64,000 bases of DNA. It comes from Candidatus Bathyarchaeota archaeon (GTDB taxonomy: Archaea; Thermoproteota; Bathyarchaeia; TCS64). Position 1 is the first letter of the stretch. Each line of letters begins with the position of its first letter. The DNA is taken from the NCBI GenBank assembly GCA_043826455.1, contig JBDRQD010000046.1:55316-119315 (forward strand), read 5' to 3'. Positions 48,754 to 60,068 of this stretch are shown here, in pieces. A model generated the notes under the pieces. It was not told the DNA's origin and ran no database searches. It saw only the letters and a program-made list of their open reading frames with translations. Position numbers and translations under genes: made by a program.

Positions 48754-50029
48754 AGAAGGTGCGGGCGGCGCCGGCCAGGAACACGGAGCCTATCACCAGG
48801 ACCATGTCCTCCGGGCCGGCCAGCTCCAGGGCCCTGGCGAAGGCCTCCTCCGCCACCGGGTGGACCTCGAAGGGCTTGCCGTTCTCGGCTACCAGCCCCG
48901 CCAGGTAGTGGGGGTCTGAGGCCCGCTCCGCGACGCTGTGGGTGGTGAGGATGACCTTGTCCGCCATGGCGGATATGTTCTGCATCATCTCGGGTATCTT
49001 CTTGTCGGTGCTGATGCTCGTCACGGCGATGAGCCGCCGGTGAGGTATCTCCCTCTCCACGCTGCGCCTGGCGGCCGCGGTGGCCTCGGCGTCCTTGGCG
49101 CAGTCCAGGACCACCAGGGGCCGGCTCATGACAGCCTCCAGCCGGGCCGGCCAGTAGACGCCCCTGAGGCCCGCCCTGATGGCCGCCTCGGTGACGGAGC
49201 CCTGCTCGTCGGCCGTCTCAGCGGCGGCCACAGCCGTGGCAGCGTTTACTATCTGGTGGTCACCCAGGAGGGGAGTGAAGAGGTCATCGTACCGGCCATT
49301 GAGGCTGCTGAGGCTGAACCTCTGCCCATCCATGGTCGTGCCCAGCTTCCTGTAGCTGGTGTCGTAGCCCACACGTATGACCCTGCAGCCGAGGCTGTCC
49401 GCCCTGTCCTTGAAAACCTTGTAAACGGAATTGTCCCGGGTGGCCGTCACCAGGGGCCTGCCGGGCTTGATGATGCCGGCCTTCTCCCCGGCTATCAGCT
49501 CCAAGGTCTCGCCCAGGATGTTGGTGTGCTCGTAACCGATGTTGGTGATGACGCTGACCACAGGGTCTATGACGTTGGTGGCGTCCAGCTTGCCCCCCAG
49601 GCCCACCTCCACCACGGCGTAGTCCACCCGCTGCTCCTGGAAGTACTTGAAGCACATGGCCGTGACTATGTCGAAGAACCTGAGGGGCATGGACTGCTCC
49701 AGCATCTCCTCGAAGAGGGGCCTGATGACGTCCAGGAGCCGGGTCACGTCCTCCCGGGGTATCTCCGCGCCGTTGACCTTCACCCTCTCGGTGAACTCCT
49801 CCAGGTGGGGGGACGTGTAGAGGCCCACGCGGTGCCCGGTGGCCTCCAGGATGGACGCTGTGAGGGCCGATGTGGAGCCCTTGCCGTTGGAGCCCCCCAC
49901 GTGCACGGATTTGAAGAACTTGTGAGGGTCGCCAAGCAGCCCCAGGATGTGCCTTGTCGGCTCCAGGGTCCGGTGGGGACCGAACCGTCTCACGTTGTAC
50001 AGCCAGTCAAGGGCTTCAGAGTAGTTCAT
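48728..50029 (-). CDS. folC: Folylpolyglutamate/dihydrofolate synthase family
   Basis: HVGGSNGKGST, YTSPHL, EVGLGGKLDATN, EKAGIIK, WPARLE, GSVFLAG. Confidence 0.92.
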   Translation of the reverse strand: MNYSEALDWLYNVRRFGPHRTLEPTRHILGLLGDPHKFFKSVHVGGSNGKGSTSALTASILEATGHRVGLYTSPHLEEFTERVKVNGAEIPREDVTRLLDVIRPLFEEMLEQSMPLRFFDIVTAMCFKYFQEQRVDYAVVEVGLGGKLDATNVIDPVVSVITNIGYEHTNILGETLELIAGEKAGIIKPGRPLVTATRDNSVYKVFKDRADSLGCRVIRVGYDTSYRKLGTTMDGQRFSLSSLNGRYDDLFTPLLGDHQIVNAATAVAAAETADEQGSVTEAAIRAGLRGVYWPARLEAVMSRPLVVLDCAKDAEATAAARRSVEREIPHRRLIAVTSISTDKKIPEMMQNISAMADKVILTTHSVAERASDPHYLAGLVAENGKPFEVHPVAEEAFARALELAGPEDMVLVIGSVFLAGAARTFFKGLGAGR

Positions 50030-50121
50030 GGCTCCACCAGGCGGCCTCGCAGCCTCATGGCGTTAACGTTGAGCGCCCTTATAACCCCTACATAAAGAAA
50101 AGCAGAGACGAAGGAGGGGCC

Positions 50122-51243
50122 TCACTCCTCCTTCTTGAACCTGCCCTCGAGGCTGGCGAGGCACTGGGGAAGCGTGGTGTACTCCATGGCCCCCGGTCCC
50201 AGGCGGGCAGGCTGGAATACGCCGTGCATCCTCATGAAGCTGGCCATCTGCATGGCCTCCTGGCGGGCCAGGTCGAAGGCGGGGTCGTCGAAGAGGTCCA
50301 CCACCATGGGCTTTCCGTCGTCGTCCGCGGCCAGCTTCCCGTCCGATATCTGGACTCCTAGGCCGATTATCCTGGGGGGCCCGTCGAAGAGGGTGCACTT
50401 GCTGTTCTTCAGGCCCACGGGCATGAGGGGGCCCCAGTGGCTTCCCCTCATCCAGCCGGCCACCAGGTACGGATGCAGGAACGGGCTGGTGATCTCCCCG
50501 ACGCTGGGCAGGCCGCTCTGGGCCCGCACCAGGCACACCGGGTCGTCCTTGCCCACGTACTTGCCCGCGATGTAGCTCAGCTTCGTCGTGCTGCTTGCGG
50601 CGGCGATCTCCCCGTCGTCGTTCCTGGTCACCTTCTTGATCATGTAGGTCTCGGTGGCGCCTATGAGGGCCAGGAGACTGTACAACTCCTCGGGGCTGCG
50701 TAGGACGACACTCTTGTTCTCCTTGCCGTCCAGGACGTCGAAGCTGAAGCCGCAGGTCATCCTCGGGTCGATGACCAGGCCGCTGGTGTTGCCGGGATCG
50801 GCGAATATCTTGTAGAGGAGGTAGTTGAAGGCGGCGGGCTCCGTCTTGTCGGCGGCGTACACGATTACAGGGTCGCTGCCCCGCTCCTTGAACTCCATCT
50901 CGGCCACTCCTGGGCCCATGCCCTTCACGTTACCGCTGAAGGCGTCCTTGAGGAGGTCCTGTCCTGCGCCGTATAGCTTGAGCTTCTTGGCCTTCTGGGC
51001 GCAAACCAGAAAGGTGTCCCACGCCAGCTTGTGGATCTCTGTGCTGTTCTCGCCCCTGCTGTGGGTCATGAGGAGCTCCAGGTCGTCGCCGGCGTTGAAC
51101 ACGTAGTGGCTGTTGATGAGCCCCGTCTCCTGGGCCTCAGCCATCTTCTTCTCGGCCAGGGTCAGCAGCGGCTGGGGCACGGTGACGTGGCCCGGGATGC
51201 TGCCGATGTCCGCCTTGATGAGGGATACGGTGGTCTTGACCAT
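50122..51243 (-). CDS. fbp: Bifunctional fructose-1,6-bisphosphate aldolase/phosphatase
   Basis: IKADIGSIPGH, YGAGQDLLKD, DKTEP, YVGKDDP, GWMRGSH, MEYTTLP. Confidence 0.93.
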   Translation of the reverse strand: MVKTTVSLIKADIGSIPGHVTVPQPLLTLAEKKMAEAQETGLINSHYVFNAGDDLELLMTHSRGENSTEIHKLAWDTFLVCAQKAKKLKLYGAGQDLLKDAFSGNVKGMGPGVAEMEFKERGSDPVIVYAADKTEPAAFNYLLYKIFADPGNTSGLVIDPRMTCGFSFDVLDGKENKSVVLRSPEELYSLLALIGATETYMIKKVTRNDDGEIAAASSTTKLSYIAGKYVGKDDPVCLVRAQSGLPSVGEITSPFLHPYLVAGWMRGSHWGPLMPVGLKNSKCTLFDGPPRIIGLGVQISDGKLAADDDGKPMVVDLFDDPAFDLARQEAMQMASFMRMHGVFQPARLGPGAMEYTTLPQCLASLEGRFKKEE

Positions 51244-51303
51244 GATATTTACCTCTAACTTGAATAGAGTACGGTTATATAATAATGCTTAACCGAATGA
51301 GGG

Positions 51304-52164
51304 TCAGAGGAGAATGCTCCTCCAACGGTACGTGGAGCAGCCGCACCCATCGTCGTCAGGGTCCATGGCCTCGATGACTCGTAGGAGGGCCTCCGACGTG
51401 GGCCGGGTCCACCGTTTCTGGAACTCGCTGAAGGCGGTGTCGCCCTCCCACCTGGGGTCAACGAGCCCCTCCCCGTAGTTGCTCACCAGTTCCAGGGCGG
51501 CGTAGCATGCACCGATCTCGCGGGCGAAGAAGACCTCGGGCACCAGGTTCATGGTGACTATGTCGATGCCCAGGTTCTGCCACCTGAGCCTGATCTCCGC
51601 GGGGCTCTCCAGTCTGGGCCCCTCGGCGACGCCCACTATGCCCCGCTTGAAGACCCGGGGGAACCCGGCTTCCCGGCAGGCCTCCACAAGGTGCCCGCTG
51701 AGTGTGGGGCAGAGGGGCTGGTGGAGCCTGTAACTGTACCGCTGCACGTCCAGGCCCTTGTCCTGGAGGCTCACCATGAGCGTCTGGGCCCGCTTGGTGG
51801 TAAAGTCCACGAAGTCGTCGGGGATCACCGCGTCCCCGGGGTCCAGGAGCCTATTGGTTGAGCCGCATAGGGCTGTGCCCAGGATCTTCTTTGCGCCGGC
51901 CTTCCAGAGGACATAGAAGACGCGTTCTCCGCTGCTGTCGGGCTGGGTGTTCCTGATCTCCCGGGTGATGCCGTGGAAGTCCACGTAGAGGAACTCCTTG
52001 CCATGATATTTGGCGAGGGTGAAGGGGGCCGTGGGGCCGAAGGGGGTCTCATAGACCAGGTTGTCGCCGATGATCTCTACGCCGCTGTAGTCGTGGGGGA
52101 ACTTGGCGCCGATGGTGGTGGAGCCGCCCAGGACGGCTATCTTGACCTGCGGGATGTCAGCCAT
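51304..52164 (-). CDS. MTAP/purine nucleoside phosphorylase family
   Basis: ETPFG, PDDFVDFT, EGPRLESPAE, PEVFFAREIGACY. Confidence 0.85.
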   Translation of the reverse strand: MADIPQVKIAVLGGSTTIGAKFPHDYSGVEIIGDNLVYETPFGPTAPFTLAKYHGKEFLYVDFHGITREIRNTQPDSSGERVFYVLWKAGAKKILGTALCGSTNRLLDPGDAVIPDDFVDFTTKRAQTLMVSLQDKGLDVQRYSYRLHQPLCPTLSGHLVEACREAGFPRVFKRGIVGVAEGPRLESPAEIRLRWQNLGIDIVTMNLVPEVFFAREIGACYAALELVSNYGEGLVDPRWEGDTAFSEFQKRWTRPTSEALLRVIEAMDPDDDGCGCSTYRWRSILL

Positions 52165-52350
52165 GGTGAAGAAGGCGCGGGCACCGGTTAAAATCGTTGC
52201 GCGCCGCTGAACTGAAGTAAATGCACTAAAACATACTCTGATTCATTGTTCTGGCCTCCGACCGGGAATTGATCAGCTATAACGATCAGATTTCCATAGG
52301 TAAATACTAGAATATACGTCAACGACTATGGAATCTATGGTACATATAGG

Positions 52351-52365
52351 GGAAAGATATAAATA
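52351..52365 (+). promoter_or_regulatory. BRE/TATA-like promoter of tfb
   Basis: GGAAAGATATAAATA about 95 nt upstream of the ATG; preceded by the inverted repeat TTCCATAG...CTATGGAA; SD-like AGGTGA. Confidence 0.5.
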
Positions 52366-52460
52366 GGTAAATGTTGCTGTATCGCTACTCTGTTCGCGGA
52401 CAAGTATTCCGATGCGGCTCGGGGTATTCCTGGCGAATTAGACTCAAAGGTGAATAAAGA

Positions 52461-53390
52461 ATGATGTTAAAGACGGCCAATAAGGTTGGCAACGAAGATG
52501 TGTGCCCCGAGTGTGGAAGCAAACATATTATTATCGATAACGGCTCCGGGGAGCGTATTTGTGGAGGATGCGGCCTCGTCGTGGCTGACAACATGATCAA
52601 CGAGGGCCCTGAGTGGAGGGCCTTCAGCCAGGACGAGAGAGACTCGCGTAGCCGAGTCGGGATGCCCCTCAGCTTCAGCGTACATGATAAGGGCCTCAGT
52701 ACCATGATCGGCCAGGTAGGCAAGGACGCCTTCGGGCGCACAATCCCCACCAAGACCATGTTCCAGATGCTTAGGCTGAAGAAGTGGCACATCAGGAGCA
52801 GCTACCAGAGCAGCATCGACAGGAACCTGAGCCACGCCATGACCGAGCTCAGCAGGCTCAGCGACAAGCTTCACATACCCAAGCCTGTGAAGGAGCGGGC
52901 GGCGGTCATCTACAGGAAGGCCCTGGAGAAAGGACTGGTACGCGGCAGGAGCATCAGCGCCATCGCGGCAGCCAGCCTCTACGCCGCCTGTAGGGACACA
53001 GGCACTCCCAGAACCCTCCGGGAGCTGGGAAGGGTGAGCACCATCGACAAGAAGGACCTGGCCCGCTGCTACAGGCTACTGCTGAGAGAGCTGAAAATGA
53101 GCATGCCCATCCCCAAGGCCCAGTACAGGGTGCCCAAGATCGCGGCCAAGGTGAACATCAGCGAGAACACCCAGCAGACCGCCGTGAACATCCTCCGGAG
53201 AGCCGAGGACATGAAGACCACCGCCGGCAAGGACCCCATGGGCCTGGCCGCCGCGGCCCTCTACATCGCCTGCGTCATGAACGACGAGAAGAGGACCCAG
53301 AAGATGATAGCGGACGCCGCCGGCGTCACCGAGGTCACCATCAGGAACCGGTACAAGGGGCTGAAGGAGTCTCTCAAACTGGACCTGTAG
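52461..53390 (+). CDS. tfb: Transcription initiation factor IIB (canonical-like)
   Basis: CPECGS, GPEWRAF, SRVG, HDKGLST, GVTEVTIRNRYK. Confidence 0.95.
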   Translation: MMLKTANKVGNEDVCPECGSKHIIIDNGSGERICGGCGLVVADNMINEGPEWRAFSQDERDSRSRVGMPLSFSVHDKGLSTMIGQVGKDAFGRTIPTKTMFQMLRLKKWHIRSSYQSSIDRNLSHAMTELSRLSDKLHIPKPVKERAAVIYRKALEKGLVRGRSISAIAAASLYAACRDTGTPRTLRELGRVSTIDKKDLARCYRLLLRELKMSMPIPKAQYRVPKIAAKVNISENTQQTAVNILRRAEDMKTTAGKDPMGLAAAALYIACVMNDEKRTQKMIADAAGVTEVTIRNRYKGLKESLKLDL

Positions 53391-53456
53391 GCTCCTCTCA
53401 TCTAGTTGTAACGTTTTTATCTCCACAGCCCATCCTTCAGCCACCTGGTGTCACGC

Positions 53457-54476
53457 ATGAGCGAGCCCGTGGACTATCTATCTGAGGAGACTTACCGCCC
53501 GGAGTGGCTTGTGGATGGGGTGACGGAGCAGACCCTCGAGGCCGTGGTGAAGCAGAGGCCCGCCCTGGTTAAGCTGGGCAGGGAGCTGGCCAAGTACAAG
53601 CGGTTCTACCTGGTGGGGAGCGGAGGAAGCCACAGCGTCCAGCTGCCCCTACGGTACCTGGCGGACAAGTACACGAAGGTGCCTGTGCACGCCTACAGCG
53701 GCTGGGAGTTCCTGGAGCAGCGGCCGGAGGCCGTGGACGGTGAAGCCGCCTGTGTATTCATCAGCCAGAGCGGAAGGACCAAGGAGATCGTTAAGGCTCT
53801 TGAGTGGTGCAGGGAACGGGGCGCCGTCACCGTGGGCCTCACCCAGAGGACCGAGTCCCTGATAAATGAGAAAGCGGACCACGGTATCGGCTGGGAGGCC
53901 AGGGGCGTGACCCTGGGCAAGCTGGGCTGCCTCTACATCCTCTTCGGGACGATATTCGGCGAGAAGGGGTACGAGGTGGGCGCCAGGATGGTGGAGACGG
54001 CGACCAGGCTACCGGACATCCTCCCCGGGATGATACCTAAGGCCAAGGAGACCGCCAGGGTGCAGGGCCTGACGCTGAAGGACCACGACGAGATATTCAT
54101 GGTGGGGGGCGGCATCAACTGGGGCCTCACATACCAGTACGGCCTCTGCACGCTTATGGAGATGTGCTGGGTCCATGGGACCCCCATCAGCTACAGCGAG
54201 TTCAGGCACGGCGCCCTGGAGCTGTTTACAGAGGGGGCCGCTGCTGTGTTCCTCAGGGGCAGGGGTGGGGAGCGGGAGCTGGAGGAGGCGGTCATCGAGT
54301 TCGCCAGGGGCAACGGCGTAAAGTGTATCGAGTACGACAGCCAGGGCCTGGACGTGGATAACCTGATGACGCCTTTCACTCTATTCATGGAGCTGGAGTG
54401 GCTCAGCTACTACCTGAGCCTAGCAAAGAACCGCAGGATGGGCGCCTGGCGGTTCTACGACAAGGTCAAGTTCTAG
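53457..54476 (+). CDS. frlB: SIS-domain fructosamine-6-phosphate deglycase (FrlB-like)
   Basis: GSGGS, SQSGRTKE, LMEMCW, EFRHGALE, C-terminal RFYDKVKF. Confidence 0.72.
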   Translation: MSEPVDYLSEETYRPEWLVDGVTEQTLEAVVKQRPALVKLGRELAKYKRFYLVGSGGSHSVQLPLRYLADKYTKVPVHAYSGWEFLEQRPEAVDGEAACVFISQSGRTKEIVKALEWCRERGAVTVGLTQRTESLINEKADHGIGWEARGVTLGKLGCLYILFGTIFGEKGYEVGARMVETATRLPDILPGMIPKAKETARVQGLTLKDHDEIFMVGGGINWGLTYQYGLCTLMEMCWVHGTPISYSEFRHGALELFTEGAAAVFLRGRGGERELEEAVIEFARGNGVKCIEYDSQGLDVDNLMTPFTLFMELEWLSYYLSLAKNRRMGAWRFYDKVKF

Positions 54477-55288
54477 GGGTCCCTGCCCCATGCTCCCAGC
54501 CGCCCGCATGTCTCAGCGGCGGCTTGGTGGCCCTCCTTGATCGATTTCTCTATACTTTCTCCTTGGAGCCTGCCGCACAGGAACGAGGCTATCCAGCTGT
54601 CCCCGGCCCCCAGGGTGTCCACCACCTCCACCGGGAGGGCCCGGCCCCTGTACATCTTGTCTCCATCGTAGACTAGGGACCCGTACTCCCCTAGGGTCAT
54701 CGCCACAACGCCGGGTGTCCTCTGCTTCAATTCCCTGATCTTAGCCTCAGGGTCCACGCCCTTCTCAGCCAGGTGCCGGCCCGAGAAGAAACTGCAGTCC
54801 AAGTACTGCATGATGCCTGTGCGGGGGTCATCCAGCTGGTTGCTGAAGTCGCAGCTCAGAAGGGCCCCAGACGTTTCCCTGATATATGGGATGTGCTCTC
54901 TGCCGAAGCCCCAGACGCTGAAGTGGATGAGGTCGTAGCCGCGGGGGTCAGGCAGCGCCTCCGGGGGCAGCGTCGCGTCCTTCTGGACGCCCTCCAGGTA
55001 GTGGGCGAAGACCCGCTCACCGCCCCTGATGAGGATAGTGGTGACGGCGGTCTCCCCCGCCCACCTGAGCACCTTGCCCGGGTCCAGGCCCTGGGCCCTG
55101 ATCTGGTCCACCATGAAGCCGCCGTTCTCATCTGCACCCACTGCGCCCACGTAGTCGGCGTGAACCCCGGGCACCCGGGACGCGTAGACGGCCACGTTCA
55201 ACGCGTTGCCGCCGGGGAACCTCCGGCCCAGCTCCGCGTAGTTGTCCACGCAGTTGTCCCCTATGGCTAGCAGCCTCAAGGTTTTCAC
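54473..55288 (-). CDS. frlD: PfkB-family fructoselysine kinase (FrlD-like)
   Basis: IGDNCVDNY, GGNALNVAVY, DFSN, VDTLGAGDS, terminal GAW. Confidence 0.8.
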   Translation of the reverse strand: MKTLRLLAIGDNCVDNYAELGRRFPGGNALNVAVYASRVPGVHADYVGAVGADENGGFMVDQIRAQGLDPGKVLRWAGETAVTTILIRGGERVFAHYLEGVQKDATLPPEALPDPRGYDLIHFSVWGFGREHIPYIRETSGALLSCDFSNQLDDPRTGIMQYLDCSFFSGRHLAEKGVDPEAKIRELKQRTPGVVAMTLGEYGSLVYDGDKMYRGRALPVEVVDTLGAGDSWIASFLCGRLQGESIEKSIKEGHQAAAETCGRLGAWGRDP

Positions 55289-55331
55289 CCTGACTTATGT
55301 AATTGTGCGCCCCCAGCCTATATGGTGTACG

Positions 55332-55880
55332 ATGGAGCTCATAGACGCCATCAGGGGGCGGAGGAGCATCAGGCGGTTCAAGGCTGACCCGGTGCCCGTT
55401 GAACTGATTCGTGAGGTGCTGGACGCGGCCAACTACGCGCCGTCAGCCAAACGAGGCGAGCAGTGGAGGTTCACCGTGTTGACGAGCGGGGCCAAGGACG
55501 CGTTCCTCCGGAGGTTCGACGAGGAGCTGGACCGGTTCATAGAGAAGCACGGAGTCAAGGCCGCGGGCTCATCGAAGAACTCGTGCAGGATCATGGGTGA
55601 GGCGCCCGTGCTGATCATCGTGTGGAACAGTGGCACCTACGGGTGGCTCACGGAGGAGCACAGCGTCGCTGCCGCCATCCAGAACATGCTCCTCAGGGCC
55701 TACGACCTGGGTCTGGGCAGCCTATGGATCGGGGACGTCTACTACGCCTACGAGGCCATCAGAGGCTACTTCGGTAAGGAGTGGAAGCTGAGTGGAGCCG
55801 TCTCTCTGGGGTACCCGGACGGTGAGGGCATCAGCTTCCAGCGGAAGACCGTGGACCAGGTGGCCGAGTTCCTGGGCTAA
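55332..55880 (+). CDS. Nitroreductase family protein
   Basis: AIRGRRSIRRF, APSA, QNMLLRAYDLGLGSLW, LGYP. Confidence 0.9.
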   Translation: MELIDAIRGRRSIRRFKADPVPVELIREVLDAANYAPSAKRGEQWRFTVLTSGAKDAFLRRFDEELDRFIEKHGVKAAGSSKNSCRIMGEAPVLIIVWNSGTYGWLTEEHSVAAAIQNMLLRAYDLGLGSLWIGDVYYAYEAIRGYFGKEWKLSGAVSLGYPDGEGISFQRKTVDQVAEFLG

Positions 55881-55969
55881 CCCATTTACGGTTAACAAGT
55901 CTTTAAAGCATACACAGCTTTAATTGGGCACCTAGTTTTGCTAGGAGGTAGAAGCGTGTATCACTTGGA

Positions 55970-57340
<1,371 letters not shown>

Positions 57341-57356
57341 AGTCTAATCCCTTTTT

Positions 57357-57986
57357 TTAGATTTCTATGTCGAGAAGCTTCTCCAGGTCAGAGGCCTCCA
57401 CGTCCTGGGGCTCCAGCAAGATGCTTCCGCCCTCAGCCGTGAATATTGCTTTGCCGTGGGCCCTGACCAGGGGCATTATCGCGTCGGTGTAGCCCCTGTC
57501 CACTATGGTCTTCAGGTTGTAGCCGCATATCACCTTCATGGGCAGGGTCAGGACCTTGTGGAGGGCGTACTCGTACCTGAGGAGCTCCCTGACCTTGTCG
57601 TGGATGAAGAAGCAGGTGACGTCCCCCATGGCCCTGAGGCCCAGGCCCCTGGACCTTAGCCGGGTCACCTCCTCGTTCCACTTGTTGATTATCCGGTAGG
57701 GGTCCACGGAGCCGTTGACGATGTACCACTCGTCCCAGGTGTGGATGGCGATGTTGCCGGACATGAGGTTGGGCTCCACGTCGATGCCGTGGGACGCCAT
57801 CCCCTCCTCGATCTGCTCGGGCTTCTCCTCGGAGCACACGTAGGCGACGCCCTCTCCCTGGCGGAGCCCGGCGGCCAGGTAGCTGTACACTATCCTGTTC
57901 TTGGTCTCAAGGGAGTCGTAGAACAGTATGTCGTGGCTGTGGGTCTGGATGTCGGTGAAGTAGCTGGAGAGGTCCTCAGGTTGCAT
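57357..57986 (-). CDS. MEDS (DcmR-like) sensory domain protein
   Basis: HSHDILFYD, YLAAGLRQGE, LRAMGD, LLRYE, ICGYN, AH. Confidence 0.8.
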   Translation of the reverse strand: MQPEDLSSYFTDIQTHSHDILFYDSLETKNRIVYSYLAAGLRQGEGVAYVCSEEKPEQIEEGMASHGIDVEPNLMSGNIAIHTWDEWYIVNGSVDPYRIINKWNEEVTRLRSRGLGLRAMGDVTCFFIHDKVRELLRYEYALHKVLTLPMKVICGYNLKTIVDRGYTDAIMPLVRAHGKAIFTAEGGSILLEPQDVEASDLEKLLDIEI

Positions 57987-58036
57987 GGTTTAACAAGGTA
58001 CCTTTAGTTTAAAATATTAACTTATTGGTGGAGGCC

Positions 58037-59668
58037 TCACACGGTGACTCCCAGATGCCTAAGGACCTCATGGGCCAGGCTCCCTGAGTCGTCCGCCTGG
58101 ATGAGGGTGACCCCGTACAGTGCGCCCAGCCTCAATATCTCCTCGCTGAACGGTTTGATGGAGGCCAGGACCAGGGTGGCGGCCCCCACGTCCAGCTTCC
58201 TGGCGCTCATCTCTATCACCATCTTGAAGGCGTCGTCCCCCATGGCCAGGTTTAGGCCAAGTCTCCTGCCGGAGCCCTGATCGGTGGCCGACATGGTGAA
58301 CCCGTAGGTCGCCCCGGATGAGCCCACCAGATAGCCGGGGATGTCCGCGGACCACCCGTGGCCGGTGAAGGCCTCCTTTAGAGTCTCGGTGATCTCGGCG
58401 GTGTTATGCAGGGCCGACAGCTCCATGAGGCGTAGCCTGGCGGGTTTACCGTTCCTCCAGTAGTCGCCGAAGACCAGGGACATGGTGCCCACGTAGGGCT
58501 CCAGGTTCGACCACACGGCCTGCCCCATGGACTCCCAGTCCGACGTGGCTAGCAGACACTCTCTGCCGTCCACCACCAGCAGGGTGAGGTCGGTGTCCGC
58601 CGTGTTGTGCCTGAGATCATGAGCCGAGGCAACCAGTACCACGTCGTCGCTGACGCTCTCATCCACGCTGGCCACCACACGGACCTCCTTGCCGCGGAGC
58701 AGGGTCTCCAGCTCGCTGACGCTCACCGGCAGGTCCTGTATCCTGTTGACGAGTATGTCGACGGACCTGCCGCTGTCCCGTATCATGGAAGTGAAGGCTG
58801 AGACGTACTCGGCCCGGTCCCTGAGGGCCCGGAACTCCTGGGGCTCCACCCCCGTCCTCATGCTAGTTATCATGGTCTCGGCGTCGGGGGCCAGGGCCCA
58901 GAGGGACTCGTAGAATATCTTGATGGCTGATATGAAGCTGGGGGCATTGGTCCAGAGGGCCGTGTCGTCGTCGGTGGTCATGCTCATGGAGTCGTCCATG
59001 GCCACCGAGGTGAGTATCTCCTTGTCGTCCACCAGGGCGAACCGCATGGGCGTCTCCATGGATATGTGCCTGACCTCGAAACGGCCCATGAGCTTCTCCA
59101 CCTCACCGACGTTGGACTCGTCGATGGGCACGAGGAGCCTCACCCTCCGGCCGCCTCCGGACAGCTCGATGAGCCTGTCGTCCACACCCCACAGGGAGAG
59201 GCGAAGCAGGTCCAGGGAGGTGGTGACCAGGTTCATCTCCACCTCGACCCGGTCCCCCATCTGGCCCAGGAACTCGTAGACCTGCTGCCTGCCCTGGTAT
59301 ATCCTGAACCTGGGCTCCTCGGCCACGTCCTGCTCCTGGCCCCTTATCTTCGCCAGCTCCTCCAGGACCCTCTCCTCGTCTCCCTCTAGGCCGGAGAGAG
59401 TCTGCCTAGCCGCCTCTATGCTGCGCCGCAGCACCTCCTCAGGGGGGGTGGCCACGAACCGTACGGGGCGCCCCACTATGCGCTGGATGAGGCCCTGGTC
59501 CTCTAGGTCCTTGAGGGTCCGGTAGGCCTTCATCCTGTTTATGCTGAAGCGGCGGGCCACCACTCTGGCGGGGGTGGGCCCCATGGCTGTGAGGAAGACG
59601 TAGACCTCGGCTTCCTCCCTGGTGAAGCCGAATGCTGTGAGCTTATCGTGGAGCAGGTCTAGGCTCAT
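58037..59668 (-). CDS. TrmB-family regulator with two sensor repeats and a C-terminal extra domain
   Basis: FGFTREEAEVY, RMKAYRTLKDL, GRPVRF; LVDDKE and VVDGRE repeats; GSSGATYGF tail. Confidence 0.85.
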   Translation of the reverse strand: MSLDLLHDKLTAFGFTREEAEVYVFLTAMGPTPARVVARRFSINRMKAYRTLKDLEDQGLIQRIVGRPVRFVATPPEEVLRRSIEAARQTLSGLEGDEERVLEELAKIRGQEQDVAEEPRFRIYQGRQQVYEFLGQMGDRVEVEMNLVTTSLDLLRLSLWGVDDRLIELSGGGRRVRLLVPIDESNVGEVEKLMGRFEVRHISMETPMRFALVDDKEILTSVAMDDSMSMTTDDDTALWTNAPSFISAIKIFYESLWALAPDAETMITSMRTGVEPQEFRALRDRAEYVSAFTSMIRDSGRSVDILVNRIQDLPVSVSELETLLRGKEVRVVASVDESVSDDVVLVASAHDLRHNTADTDLTLLVVDGRECLLATSDWESMGQAVWSNLEPYVGTMSLVFGDYWRNGKPARLRLMELSALHNTAEITETLKEAFTGHGWSADIPGYLVGSSGATYGFTMSATDQGSGRRLGLNLAMGDDAFKMVIEMSARKLDVGAATLVLASIKPFSEEILRLGALYGVTLIQADDSGSLAHEVLRHLGVTV

Positions 59669-59696
59669 GGGATTGGATCGACTCAAGGGTGTTATA

Positions 59697-59756
59697 AATT
59701 GTTCTAACAATTGTTACAATCATTGTGAACGTACAACTGTTACACACCCAATGTTA
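59697..59756. promoter_or_regulatory. Array of ATTGTT-like half-sites and overlapping palindromes
   Basis: Half-sites at 59698, 59710, 59722, 59736 and 59750; AATTGTT-CT-AACAATT and TAACAATTGTTA. Confidence 0.55.
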
Positions 59757-59791
59757 TCCCCCCCAAGGGGGCATCTATTACAGATACATTC

Positions 59792-60064
59792 ATGAGAAAG
59801 TACTTCGTCAAGGCGGAGGGCAGCGTCTGGCCCACCGTCATCTGGCAGGGGACTCGGCTAGTGGTCTACTACTTGGGCGACGACCCAGAGGACGTCCAGG
59901 TGCGGGAGACCAGGGGCATAGACTTCGACGAGCTCCTCCTGCACATAGACCGGGGCGGCTCGGTGTTCATCACCACCCAGCCGGTGAAGGAGGAGACCCC
60001 AGCCGCTAAGACGGAGAAGCCGAGGCACCGGGGGATGGAGATAGACCCCCACTGGGTGAGGTGA
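59792..60064 (+). CDS. Small hypothetical protein directly upstream of tfb
   Basis: 90 aa with host-like codon usage; ends 4 nt before the tfb ATG, with GAGGTGA overlapping the stop. Confidence 0.65.
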   Translation: MRKYFVKAEGSVWPTVIWQGTRLVVYYLGDDPEDVQVRETRGIDFDELLLHIDRGGSVFITTQPVKEETPAAKTEKPRHRGMEIDPHWVR

Positions 60065-60068
60065 CAGT

